The position numbers and the translations under genes were made by a program. The notes below the pieces were generated by a model. That model made no database searches. It was not told the DNA's origin and worked only from the letters and a program-made list of their open reading frames with translations. Shown here piece after piece: positions 26,261 through 43,788 of a stretch of DNA of 64,000 nt (within the stretch, counting starts at the first letter, position 1; the number at the start of each line of letters is the position of its first letter). Origin of the DNA: Podarcis pityusensis (taxonomy: Eukaryota); NCBI GenBank assembly GCA_964106645.2, contig OZ067051.1; one strand, written 5' to 3'.

Positions 26261-28637
26261 CTTCATTGGCATAAAAAGTGCATCGTATACATGGATCAAA
26301 ATACAACACAGTTAATGAAACATATTAAGCGGTACTTTAGGATAAAACTGTCCAGACATTGTGAGGTACGTTACGACCTATGGTGACAATTTTATAGCAT
26401 CACTCAGAAATCTTGCCACATTCTCCAATTAATCAGTTGGGACAGAGGCAGGTAGCTCAAAATAAAGACAGATGTCCCTCTTAAAAAGTAATTGAGCAAT
26501 GTGTACATTCGCATACACCTTGCTGTAAGCCTATAGCAGTGCTCAAAAGAAGGGAGGGAATGTGGAGAGAACAGACCCCAGATTCCTCAGCAGATGCCAC
26601 AGACCCCCAGAACATTTTCAAACTTGCCCTAGTCATCAAGGAAATAAGTTTGACACTAAGGCATGGCTGCACACAGACAGGGATGTATTCATACAGTCCA
26701 CTATACAACAAAGAATTAGATCTACAAGCTTTTCTTCCAGCCTCACCCACAATGTAGAAAGTAGCTGCAAATGCTTCCACACAGGAGAGTTTGCATGGCC
26801 GGCCGTAGTTCACTGGATTTGCAGCCACCAGAAAGGGCAGCAGGCGGAGATGGCTTCCCTTCATCTTGGCAAACGGCGTCTCATCCAGCTTTGCCCAAGA
26901 GCAGTCAATCACTGCAATTCCATTCTGAGCCACAATCTGTCTAAAAACACAGCAACAGCAATTTGAAACCAGGATGTTGCTGGTTTCTCACCCCACTGGA
27001 GCTGCTTTGGGATCCAGTTAGGATAGCAGATGTGAGTTGCTCAAGACCGCCAAGCCAGATTTCTCATGCGAAGACACTGGATGTGGCCAAGCTGAACAGA
27101 ACAAATCTGAATAATCGACCCTAAGCTGTGAAGTTTCATCAGCTCACTAGCTAGTGGAAGCATCCACTTGAACAAAGCCCAAAAAGAACACTGGCTGGGA
27201 ACGCACCTCAACCCTGAAGTATCAGTCTTACAGGCTCCACATACTGGCCCTACACATGAGCACTAAGAAGAAAGCTCTGTAGCTGGACCAGCCTGTTCTT
27301 ACAGATGCCTGAGGGAAGCCTGCAAGCAGGGCATGAACACAACAGCACTCATTCAGAGGCAGCAATGGAGACAGAACAAAACAATTATGGCTAGAAGCCA
27401 CTGATAGGCTTGTCATGAATCTGTCTAATCCTCAGTGAAAATCATTCAAGTTGATGGCTATCACTGCCTCTCAGTGAGCAAATTCCAGAGTTTATTACCA
27501 GCTGTGTGAAGAGCTGCTTTCTTTTGTCTGCCAACATTCCCGTTGAGTGGCCCTGAGGTAAAGCATGATTAAAGGTCCTGCTTTTTCCCCTCCACCGGGC
27601 AGAAACCCTCCTCCTGTCTTTGCTGGCTTCCCCTTTCCTCTAGATGCCTGTAAATACAATCAGGCAAGTATCTAAAAAGGAAGTATGGGCTTGACCTTTA
27701 TTGATATTAATACATGTTCCATATTTTCTTTTAACACTATCAATATGCGTAAGAGATTCAGGAACTAAGTATTTACCATCTCAAAGGAATGGCCAGGCTA
27801 CCCAGAAAAGGCAATCATATAAAGCATTATCAGGTATCCTCGCTGACAGGAGAGAAGCAACACACACAAATTTCTGCTGGGGATCACCTCTTTCTGTGAT
27901 GTATGTATGATGTTTTGGGGGGTGGTCTTGAGCTACAGGGTAGGCTATTTCAAAGTCTGTAAGGGCTTGCACACCAGTGTTTTGGGTTGCTCCTCCCTCC
28001 TGCATGTGGTGAGTGAGCACCCTGTTGCAACAGTTTAATAAAGATCAGGCTTACTAGCTGCTTTGCTTCTCAATATTCTCTGCTTGGCTTCTGTTATTTT
28101 CTCCTACCGATAGAGAACCTACATAAGGACTCTATACGGGCTCTGGATACCCCATAAGGGAAAAGGGAGCAGTTTTTTCTTCTAACACCTTCCTAGCTCC
28201 GCCGGCCCCGCTCACCTGTCTGCGGGGGAGACGAAGCGGGTGGCGGCGGGGCTGAGGATGACGCCTCCGAAGCGCTGTCCGAGGCGCAGCGTCCGCACCA
28301 GCCCCTTCCTCGCCAGCCGCCGCCCTGTGCAGCGCCGCGGGTCGCAGTGGCCCAAGTCCCACATGGCCAGCGGGGGAGAAGGCGAGGCCCGGACCTCGCC
28401 GCATCCCCGGACGCTGCCGCTACCCGGCTCCGGCTCGGACGACGACGGCTCGGGCGACCCCGCCGCCGCGCCCTTGACGGGGGAGGAGGAAGAGTGGCCG
28501 CGGAGCGGGTCCCCGCCCAAGATGGGGCCGGAGTCGCCGCCGGGGCCTTCCTCATCCTCCGCCTCCGCGAAGGCCTCGAGAGGGGGTCCCGGCCGGGGCT
28601 GCCGCTGTCGCCGTTGCTGCTGCCGCTTCCGCCCCAT
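24006..28637 (-). CDS. TSR3: 18S rRNA aminocarboxypropyltransferase TSR3, complete (340 aa)
   Basis: Exons 28637-28216, 26940-26747, 26098-25925, 24723-24660, 24174-24006 total 1023 nt. Motifs [71 protein letters not shown] and an acidic tail are present. Confidence 0.97.
24251..24603 (-). mobile_element. Sauria SINE, near full length, in the TSR3 last intron
   Basis: AAAGGTAAAGGT tail, body CCTATTTATCTACTTGCAC...TTCGAACTGCTAGG, B box GGATTCGAACC, 5' end GGGACGCGGGTGGCGCTGTGG on the - strand. 10-bp TSD CAACTCAGAA (24241-24250, 24606-24615). Confidence 0.92.
25075..25810 (-). mobile_element. L1-clade LINE ORF2 C-terminal fragment (decayed) in TSR3 intron 3
   Basis: Minus-strand translation gives [11 protein letters not shown]...LERDIFE...TMLKAWK...[12 protein letters not shown]...IRQQW with stops and frameshifts. 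The - strand is strongly A-rich. Confidence 0.65.
26219..26260. repeat. (TCTA)n microsatellite
   Basis: Seen directly, about 10 units. Confidence 0.95.
27270..27530 (-). mobile_element. CR1 LINE 3' fragment (decayed)
   Basis: CATGAATCTGTCTAATCCTC...TTCAAGTTGATGGCTATCACT...TGTGTGAAGAG; same family as 55-545. Confidence 0.65.
27748..28187 (+). mobile_element. Possible solo LTR in TSR3 intron 1
   Basis: About 440 bp ending TTCTAACA with imperfect inverted start CGTAAGA and an internal AATAAA (28037-28042) followed by a T-rich U5-like tract. No TSD found. Confidence 0.4.
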
Positions 28638-28738
28638 CTCCTCGTGCACCAAAGGGAGAAGAGGCGGGTAGAGCGGCTCCCTGACGCCCCGGAAGAGCAA
28701 CCCCTGCAGGCGCTTCCGGGTCTCGCCGGAGACCGAAG

Positions 28739-33868
<5,130 letters not shown>

Positions 33869-33957
33869 GGAAAAATCCCCCTGGACAACTCGCTCAGCAT
33901 TTGGGGTTTTCACAGCAATTAGAATTTAATCCACATTGTGTGGTTGTACTTGGGTTA

Positions 33958-34090
33958 TGGAACCTGTGACCCCTCAGATGAGGCTGGAGTATAGCTTTCA
34001 TCTTTCAGCATAGGCCACGCTAACTGGACCTGAAGGGAACTGGGATTGAACAAGAAGCATATGGAAAGTCACAAGTTTCCTATTCCTCTT
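33958..34090. mobile_element. Short palindromic squamate MITE remnant in the GNPTG 3'UTR
   Basis: GGAACCTGTGAC...GTCACAAGTTTCC inverted ends. Related fragments at about 47740-47860, 52800-52890 and 59770-59950. Confidence 0.4.
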
Positions 34091-34335
34091 CTGTACCCCA
34101 CAGGGAAGAGCAGAAACTGTTTAATATAGGACAGTCTTTTCAGCAGACCAGTATCTGGTAGGAGCCTCTGCTGCCAACTCAGGACTCTCTTTTGGAGTGA
34201 AGTGAGGGCTGCCCATTGAAGCTGTGGCAGCCTTTTTGAGTTTTGTGTCTTATTGCTTCGTAATAGAGAATGCTGCAACTGAGGGCAGCAGTCTTACGTA
34301 CTGTGTGGTGTCTTGGGCCAAAAGAGGATCCATCC

Positions 34336-34363
34336 AATAAATTCCAGTCCTTAGAATTTTATT
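34336..34363. terminator. Opposed poly(A) signals: AATAAA (+, 34336-34341; GNPTG) and AATAAA (-, 34358-34363; IQGAP1)
   Basis: The only canonical AATAAA I found on each strand between the two convergent stop codons (33868 and 35154). Confidence 0.6.
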
Positions 34364-35153
34364 TAACAAAAGTGCATAGAGACCACAGTATGGGTATAGG
34401 CGGAGGGACCCAATACAGGATTTATCCCAAAGGAACATTACAAATGACCAGTCAGTGTTGCAGGCATGCACTATGAAGAAAACTTCAAGCAGAACTAGCC
34501 CCCTATGCTTAATTTTACTCCTATTAATTCAGCAGGCCCCTCCACTGCTTTATGATATATTTCTGATTGTTTCTACTAGGCTGTTAAGGCAAGAAACTTA
34601 ACGTACTTGATTTCTGCCGCCACTTTCATTCATTTCAGCGGGACACTGGGCACAGAGACTGCTGCTCCATAAGCCAGATCTGTTTATCCACCTTGATGAG
34701 GCTCAAAATTGCCCATCTTGCCTTCCTACCAAGAACCACCTACTTGATCACATGAGATGGCCCACGACCAGAGCAGAAGTGCCTCCAGCTGCTGTCTTGG
34801 TGGTTTGGTCACCTTAATAGCCACCATAATGCTATAGGAATATCAAACTACACTACAATAGATTGGGGGGTAGAAGAGGAGGGAAAGTCCAAGACTTGGA
34901 CTAAACACCCCCAAAGACAACAAACAAACCAACCACTCAGGCTAATAATGGTTTAATTCTGGGTGTTGAGTACATGGGAAACAATATGCAGGAGGCGGTG
35001 CAGCCATACGTCAGGATGGGTGCAAAGATCTGGAGCCAGCCGAGGTTGGCAATGTGGGAAGAGAGCTGCTCGTTTTGGGAGCCACTGGTGGGTGAAGCAG
35101 CTCACAGAAAGAAACTCAAAGCTCCTTTTCCACAGACTTCCAAGTAACAAGAG

Positions 35154-38100
35154 TTACTTCCCATAGAACTTCTTGTTTAGGAGAAAAATGAGGAGATTGA
35201 CATTCACTTTTGCTCGGTCAAACAACTTCATGACAGCCACACCTTCATACTGGAGCTGCAACAGATCCTGTGGGAGCCAGAGGAGGGGCAGGGAGAGAAA
35301 GAGAGAGAATAAATTCTCAGCTGTGGCTCCTAGGACACACCTGGTCAGCGTACAGAGGCTTGGCCTATAGCATTCATACATCTTGTCCAGTTTGGACCTC
35401 AGAGATGGGCAAATCATACCTAGCAGTCATTTCTCAAACAGCACATGCCATCATTTTTTTGTGATGCTCAGCGGAAGGGGATGCTATCAAGCTGCTATAG
35501 TGAAGGGTTCTCTGTTTTGCACAGGGTGGGAAGGAACCCTATTTTCCATGCATTGATACTTCTCCAAAACTGATTTCCTCACTGGTAAAAGCGTGAATGC
35601 CATACCTGTTGGACATTCTAATTTTGTTTTCGGTAATTTTAAGTGCACATTTTTCTTTAATGCTGCCAAATAAGGGGGAAAAAAGTGATTTCCCCATGTA
35701 ATAATGTGCACATGCCATTTTGCTGAAATAAATTATTCTGGAAATGCCTCTGCACTGACTCTTCAACTCATTTCCAAGAAATGAGGATGGAGCACACATG
35801 AGGGACTGTGAATGTTGCATTTGGCTGCAGATTGAAAGGGAACAGCAAGCCATGTTATGCCCCAGCAATTATACCCCAATTGCTTGATGCTTGCATACTT
35901 TCTGATAGCAGGCTAAACGGAGAATAAGTTGGCAGTGAATAGATTAAGCTTTAGGAGTTATTTTTCCTAGGCAAGTTATATGCATTTGCACCATCCACTT
36001 TGCCCCCCCCCCCCATATACTCCCCTGAGATTATTTCAGCACATTAAAAAAGTTCTAAGAATGAAATTGGGCAAAAAAGATGAATATAATAACTAAACTC
36101 TTACTCCAATCTAGGATCAACAATTGATAATAGGACTATTGCTTAGAATCACTGCTGGAGATCTCCTTGCTCACTAATTAGGCCATGAGGGAAAAGAGGA
36201 GGAATGAACTATTTTAAAAAATAAATATATAAACGCTACAGCTCTGGCATTGGGCATGGCAGGCCTGGAGGGTGGGAAGGAGGCCTCTGTGCCATCCAGG
36301 AACAAGTCTGGAAGACACAGTCTCCTGATCAAGGAGAAGCCTATTCCCAAACCATTTTGCGATGTCCACCTGCACTGGGGGGGGTGTGGGGTGTGTGTGA
36401 AAAGGCATTTTTTCAGAAAACTGAAGCAGCCACAAAGCTGCTGCATCATCTAGTGCAAACACAATAAATCTCCCCACCACTACCATCCCGGGGGGGGGGG
36501 GGGGAGTGGAGAGTCATTTTTAAAATCCATCTATTTATGTAAAACTGCTAGCACATTTAAATACATCTGTCTTTTCATTAAGGTCTGCAGCTGGATATTA
36601 TTATTATTGTTATTATTATTATACAATCCAACTCAAGCATCACCTAGGGCCCAGTGGACCCCTCCCCTCGGAGTCTAAACACACAAGCACAGCCATTTCC
36701 TGCCTGACTCATTCTGGAGAAGATGGGCCAACATTTTGTTCAATTAGTTCCCCAGATTTTCACTTTCTGCTTCCTTTGAAGAAATGTGCTCCTCAATCTA
36801 ATTTAGATAAACCTGGAATGCAGTCCAGGAGAATAGGTCATAATGATTTTTTGTTCAATATCTAATATCGTCCTCTCCTTCCCCATCACAGTTTGGAGAC
36901 CCTGAACGAAATCCCCTGATGCAAACTCAGTATAAGGGTGGATTGTACAAACAACATCAAGATCCATACCTGATAATGTAGAATGAACGTCTCCATCTGT
37001 ACACCCATGAACTTTGCTTTTACCTCAAAGTCTCCGACTTCTTCCGTTGGGCTAATTTCAAATATCACATTTTTGAATCTATACAGTTTGGGGACCAAAA
37101 AAAAATGCTTATTGTTTTAATGTGCCATTGGGAGCTGAAGTGAAGAATAAAGGATTACTGGATAGGAATTAAGTACTTGCACTAGAGAGATTCAGTGGGG
37201 ATTTCAGATTGGAAGAACTGAAAGCAATTGTATTTCTAGGTAAAATGAGTCCCTTACTTGACCTGCCAGTCACAAGGTACAGTTTCCTTCCTCTCCCTTA
37301 CCCCATCATTCCATTCTGGCATTGCCATGTCTGGGTAAGCTTAGAGATTACTTTCAGTTTTATAAGACACTTGCAAGCAAGCACTGTTTTTGATGTCTAG
37401 TCCACAGAAGCACCATGAAGTGCTTCAGAGGTCTTCTACAGCTCCCACTTTGCCTCTGACAAGCCAAACGTCCTTCTTAGGAGCCCTACTTGGCCCCAGA
37501 ATTAGTCTAAATCTGATGCACTCTCCTAGCAAATATTTACACACAAACACCCTAATCCATGAAAATGTTCATTCCCAATTTTATCCCAGAATGCTGCTGA
37601 CTGGGTGAGACTTGCCTCTGTGCACGCTGCTGTGATAAATAACATACTCACTGGCTGGCTTGCAGATCTTCAATTTCCAACAGGACTCCCTTTTCATGGA
37701 GCCGGGCTGCCGTGTATTTCAGGGAGATCTTTTTGCTCTTCTTTCCCTTCATCTCCCGTGGTTTTTTGGAAACCCTGAGGAAAAGAGGGACGGGCACCTC
37801 ACTGAGAGGCATTCTCCCATTTGTAGGATTTGAGGTCTGACTTGACAAGCATTGAGGCTGACAAAGACTTGACCCAAGGCACTGGGTTTTTGCCTTTCCC
37901 TCCCCAAGGGCCACCAATACACCTGGGGGTGGAAATAACTCCCCCTGACTCCTGCTCTTCCTGCAGGCAGCTCTTTGAGAGCTAACCCTCCTTGCTCTTA
38001 CACTCTTTATCAAGTCACCATTTTTCTTCTCATCACCTGGCAATCCCCCCTCTCCATTTTTTTGTTTTCATGTCAGGAGGTTTCCCAAGGACCCAGGGTA

Positions 38101-41100
38101 CACCCATACAACCCCACACCTCTGGGGGCTGCCACTCACTTGCCCTTGCTGGCTAAGTTATCCAGGCACGTTTTGATATAGCTCTTGTAGTAATCCACCT
38201 GCTCCTCGTAAAAAGTCGCCTTGGAGGTGAGGGCGTTGTGGGTCTGCTGCAACTTCACCAGCTCTGCTTTTCTCCTTTGGCGATAGCGCCGCTGATTTCG
38301 AATGTCCTAGAGTTTGGGGGGGGGGGGAGCAGAAGGGGAAGGGGAAACAGGCTTACCTTCTAACTCATCCCCACCCAAGACATTCCAAGTGTGTGTGCAC
38401 ATGTGCATTGAGTAGCCACCCTCATCCCCAGTCGCCTTTATCCGTCACACAGCATATGCACCTGCCAGCACAAGCCCGCTGGCTGTTAGCTCAGTTTCCC
38501 TGGATGCCGCCTACCTTGGCCACATCGTTGATCAGATCCTGGTATCTGTTCTTGGGGTTCACTGTCCCCAGTTCAGTCAGCTTCTTCAGGGCCAATTTTA
38601 TCTTTTCCTTCTTTTCTTGAAGGCTCAGGTTGCTGTCCTCCTTGACCGCTTTGGATTTCTTCATCTTGTCAGGAGTTTTGGCATCCCGAATGGCTCGCCT
38701 CTGCATGGCTCTCTGGTGTTCGGCTTCCTGGGTGGGGATTGGGGTGTCAGAAAGGCTGTTGCAACTGGTCTGTTCCGGTACACACATTCCTGCCCCGCCA
38801 CACCAACATACACAACCGGAGGCCAGAGCCCTTCTCTTCTTTGAACAGTCAGTCACAGACTGCCGTTTCCCCCAGGCCTGCAACACACTCTTGCCCCTTG
38901 GAGACAGGAAGACTTTGGCGTCTGCTCCAACATGACTACACCTCCTCCCCATTACCTGTTCAGCACTGGCTGGAGTTTCCAGGATCTCAGTCAGTGTCTC
39001 TCCTGGCTGGAAGCGGATCACATCCACAATTAAGCGCTTTGTGCTGAAAAGCAAAAGGAAAGGAAGAATCAACGTGCCATCGCTGAGCAAGTGCCTGTTG
39101 TCTCTTCCGCCAAATATGCACCATCAGGGAGATACTCAAAAGAGGAAGGAAATCACAGAAACACCCACCCTTGACAACTCACATCTCAGCGGCACAGAAA
39201 GATGCAGATGTTCTTACACGTAGCCTTGCCACTGTGATTTTATGAACTGTGAGCCTGAAGGCTGGGTTACTGTAATGCACTCTACGCAAGGCTTGTGCAG
39301 GGGCTGTAGCTACTGCAAAAGGAGGCCCACACCACTCACTGGGGTGCCACATGGAATGCTTATTTCATGTCTCCTGAAGCAGTTGCACTGGCTGCCAATT
39401 AGCCCCTGAGCTGGGTTTAAGGTTCTGGTTATGATGTCCAAAACCTCTGAAACAGCTTGGGACCAGGTGACTTGAAGGAGTGCCTTCTCCAGTACAGTCC
39501 CACTGGTTCCTTATGACTGGCTAAGGGAAGCAAGTTGCCTAATCTAGGGTTCCTCAGCATTAAGGAGAATTACAAGTGGGTTAGCCCTGCCAGCTAGCTG
39601 CAAGTCCTGCCTGCTGTCTTCACTACGGGCCTCAGAAGTCTGTTCAGAAGATTCTAACCTCTCCAGCCGTCTGCCTGGATAAAGAGTCCCTTGAGAAAGG
39701 GATCTTTCCAAGGAGAACTGGGCAAAGAAAACAAGAAGTCTGAACTGACACACCAGGAATGAGGAACGTACCCCAGCAGTCCTGATATTTAGTAAGTATG
39801 TGTAGGAATTATTCTAGATTGCATCAAAAGTTTGCATTCCTTATTCAGAAAGCTGTCAATCAATTTCCTCCTGGGAGTTCACAGACTGAGCACGATGGCA
39901 ACACTATCTCTCACTACACCCCTAGTTTCTGAACACAGGTTTTGTGGACACAGGAATTTCAAGTAATCCTTAATAAAAGCCCAGTGTGCTGCTGAATATC
40001 ACAGCAGTTGCTATGTATCAACATGTAGCATACATGTACAAAGAGATGCAGACTTCTGTACACCTCAAATGGCTGCTAATTACCTGTGGTGGATGATCAG
40101 AACCTTGGGACAACAACTTTGCCATCCTTTTGAGGACCCTCTCTCCCTCTTCCTCCTCTTAGATACATGATAATCAAATAGTGGAACCCAACATGCTGAG
40201 AGCAAGACACATTTTTAGTCATTTCACTTCCCTGAATACTTCTGTTATTTCTGGATGTTGCCATCTTTTGTGTTTTACCTAGAGAACTGTGTAGGGGATT
40301 CAGAGTGGAAAGATGCAGGTTCAGAATCTCCACTAAGCCATGAAGCTCACTGACAAGCCTTTGGCTCCCTGCAGCCAGTCAGACTTTTCTTAAAGCCTCG
40401 GCAAATGCTTTGGTGAAATGGGACAGCCCCAGGTGCCTTGGATGTGAAAGTGAGAAAGGTTCAGGGGCTGTCATGGCCCCTACTTACTTCAGCAGAATTG
40501 TCTTGGCATCCATCTCTGCGTTCTCGTCCCCAGGAACATCAAATTTGTTAGTCAGTGTGAGTGAAACTTCTGTCTTGGCCAGCATCTCTTTACTGGCTGG
40601 ATCATTCACGCTGCCAGATCCCTCTCCTTGGAGAAAAGCAAAGCATAGGAAAAGAGTGTGGTTGTTTGCTTCACTCATTTAGTCTCTTCCCCTGTGAAAA
40701 CTCATTTTTTAAGTTAAGTAAGTGATTTTAAATGTGTGTGTTCCTGGGTGCCAGCCGTGTCTCTTACCTGGAGGACACTATTTAATCACCTTAGGAATAG
40801 CAATGTTGACATGTGCCTGCATTGCTTTGGCTACAGAGGCCTCAATATGCAGGCAGGAGTAAGGCTGGTGGAGAGGCATCTTAGCCCTGCTTCTGGATTG
40901 TTTGTGGCTAGTGTTTTAGCACTCAATAGATACACTTGAACCATGTTTCTCATTACTAAATCAGAAAAAAAAGCTCACCTATCAGAGATTCAATGGTGGA
41001 CACCTCCCCCAGGTCATCCAGAAGCTCATGAATAGGGTCATTGTGCTCAGGAGCGATGGCATCTTGATGGTCCAAAAGCAGCTAGTTTGTGAGTAACAAA

Positions 41101-43564
41101 GATTAGGCAATGAGCTGATAATAATAATGATGATGATGATATTATAACAATTTATTATTTATATGCCGCCCATCTGACTGGGTTGCCCCAGACATTCTGG
41201 GCAGTTCCCAACAAAAAATAGTAAAAACATAATACAGGTTGAATAATAATAATTTATGCTTGTGAAGTTTGTGATGTTTTTGTCTAGTTTCTGGTATTCT
41301 TTAGGAAAACTTTTTTATTTATACCAAGAGAGTAAGTCTACACCACAACAGTCCAATACACAAAGGAGACTTACAGTGTGTGTGTTTATTATTTCTCCAA
41401 TGGAAATATAGATCACTGGCTTCGTGAGGGTCACCAAGTCTGAATATTCATCAACATTGAACTTCTCTTGCAGCTCTGGGACTTCACAAGCAGCCTGGAA
41501 AAACCGCCTTCAGAAAGGCAAAAGAGAGTTAACCTAATCTGGAAAGTCCCACCCCTGCCACCCCCAACCCAGCTGGTGATGCTTTTCTGCCCCATTTTGG
41601 CCAAATAGGTCTTCACAAGCACCATATTTGTCCTCCACCAGGAGATTCTCAGCTGGGGCGATTATAACACTTCACATAAGTCACTATGGTGAGCAGTCCC
41701 AAGCAGCATCCTTTAAAACTGGAATGCAACACACTGGATGATGGGAACTGGAGTCACAACAACCTTGGCTTTTAAGTTTGACCACGGAGCACACTCACCC
41801 ACCCTATTTGGTGAAAGAAAAGATAAAACTAAACTTGTTCTCAAGTGAGTCTCCCCTGCTAAAAATATTTCTGCGTGCCCAATTCTCAGAAAGGAACCTT
41901 ACTTCCCCAGGTGACAGAACTTTTGGGGAATCTGTTGTTGTGGCTACCTAAATACAAGGGTGTATTTCAGGAGAAATTCCCAAGCAAGGTTGGACTGTGA
42001 ATTTACACCAGTCAGCCATGTCTGTGCCATGTCAGAAGCAGGCAACTTCTTGTGGGACTTTACAAGGAAATGTGTCCCCCCCACCAGAGAAACAGATCTC
42101 CTCCTTCCTATCTGAATAATTCACTGTCATTGGCCCCATCATTCCTTGCTGAAAGTCATTGTCACTCTACTTTACCTGAATTTCTGGTAGGACTGAGAAA
42201 GGTACTCGTTGATGATGCCTAGGTGCGCATTGTCCCCCAGGAACATCTTATTGGATGCTGCATGCTGCAACATTTTTGCAATGGAGCCGAGGTTTCGCCG
42301 TTGGTCTGTCGTCAACTGTCCTCCAGCTGACAGATCAATGATGTCAAAGGCATCTGGAGCCACAATGGCCGGGTTCATGTAGCGATAGTACAGAAGGTTG
42401 CCTACAATCTAGGGAAAGAGTCCTTTGTGACCTCACCCTGTCTGGAGGAAGCCACTTTCACCAATTCTGTCCCCCACCGCCAACCTGCTCAGTTGCACAA
42501 AGAGGCAGAGGGGAGGCAATAGGGCTTTAGAAAGGAAAGGAAGCCGCAGGCATTTGGGAGCAGGCAGGCAGGCAGCTGCTGTTTTCCTCACTTGGAAGAG
42601 AATTAGCCACATTGGGAAATGCAGCTGAGATGCGGAAAAAGCCAGGAAGAGCCAGAAACAAGGCAAGGACTTGGCAAACGGAACATCCAGCACAGACACC
42701 CCGGGGCAGATCATTTCTCAGCTCCACTGGGTGGCTACATTAAGCAGGTGCCATTTGTCTGGTTGGAGACACGCCAGGAAAGAAAGGGAGGGAGGGTTGG
42801 CTCCCACGGAAGTGCCTTGGAGCTGTAATCTTGCCTCCCCAACAGCCTCAAAAGGCAGTAGTCAAAGAAAGCCACAGGCTAGGAAGTTTTCGCTGCTGGA
42901 CTATGGGGAATGGGCAGTGATCCATGGGCTAAGGGCTCCCAGCTCTTTCCCCAGAGATACGGAGAAGCCAGGAGTTCACAGGCCACTTTAATGAAAAAGT
43001 TGAATGGTTTCAGCTCATTGGCTGCTCTAGCAGCTCCCCCCACCCTGAATTGTGCACTTCCATCCTGACTTTTTGCTGCTACCCTGTGGCCGCTGCAAGC
43101 TCCTCCGCCTGCTTCCCACCTAAAGGCATGCTTTAAAAAAGGAATTCACCTGCAGAGAAAGCCTAGATTCGATGCTTCAGTGTGGGAAAGCACAGAACTA
43201 GAAGAGAAGAAGAAAACAACAGCATTCAGGTCTCTTTTTTAGAAGAAGGCACAAGATGGCTCTTTATCTTTGAGAGAAACTGCCAGGCACAGGTCACGAC
43301 AGTCCCCAAAACAGGGCAGACCCACTGGACGGAAAGGCCATCCTCGTGAGTTCTCTCAGGCTTTAAACTTGTATGAGAAGAGAGTGCCACTGACCATCCA
43401 CCAGAGAGACATCCTTGCTCTTTTGAAAAACATTTTTTGAAAAAAAGTTTATTTGTCTACCTGAAAAGCTCTCTTTTTTAAAAAAAGGAAAGTGGCACAG
43501 GCTGCTGCTGAGACCAAGTGTGACCACTGGCTGCAGCTCTTTAGAGAGAAGGAAGAAGCCCAGC

Positions 43565-43627
<63 letters not shown>

Positions 43628-43749
43628 GTAGAAGCAGCGAGTCCACCCCCTCTGCTCTCAAAGCAGCCCCCACCTCCATGCTCACCTAGGTCGCTGGAGC
43701 TGCAAATGTGATTGACAGGTGGTCTGACCAAGAGAGCGCGAAGCAAGTG

Positions 43750-43788
<39 letters not shown>

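Noticed and set aside
43363-43746. SLSLSL / RERERE ORFs
   Set aside because: Translations of the (AG)n microsatellite.
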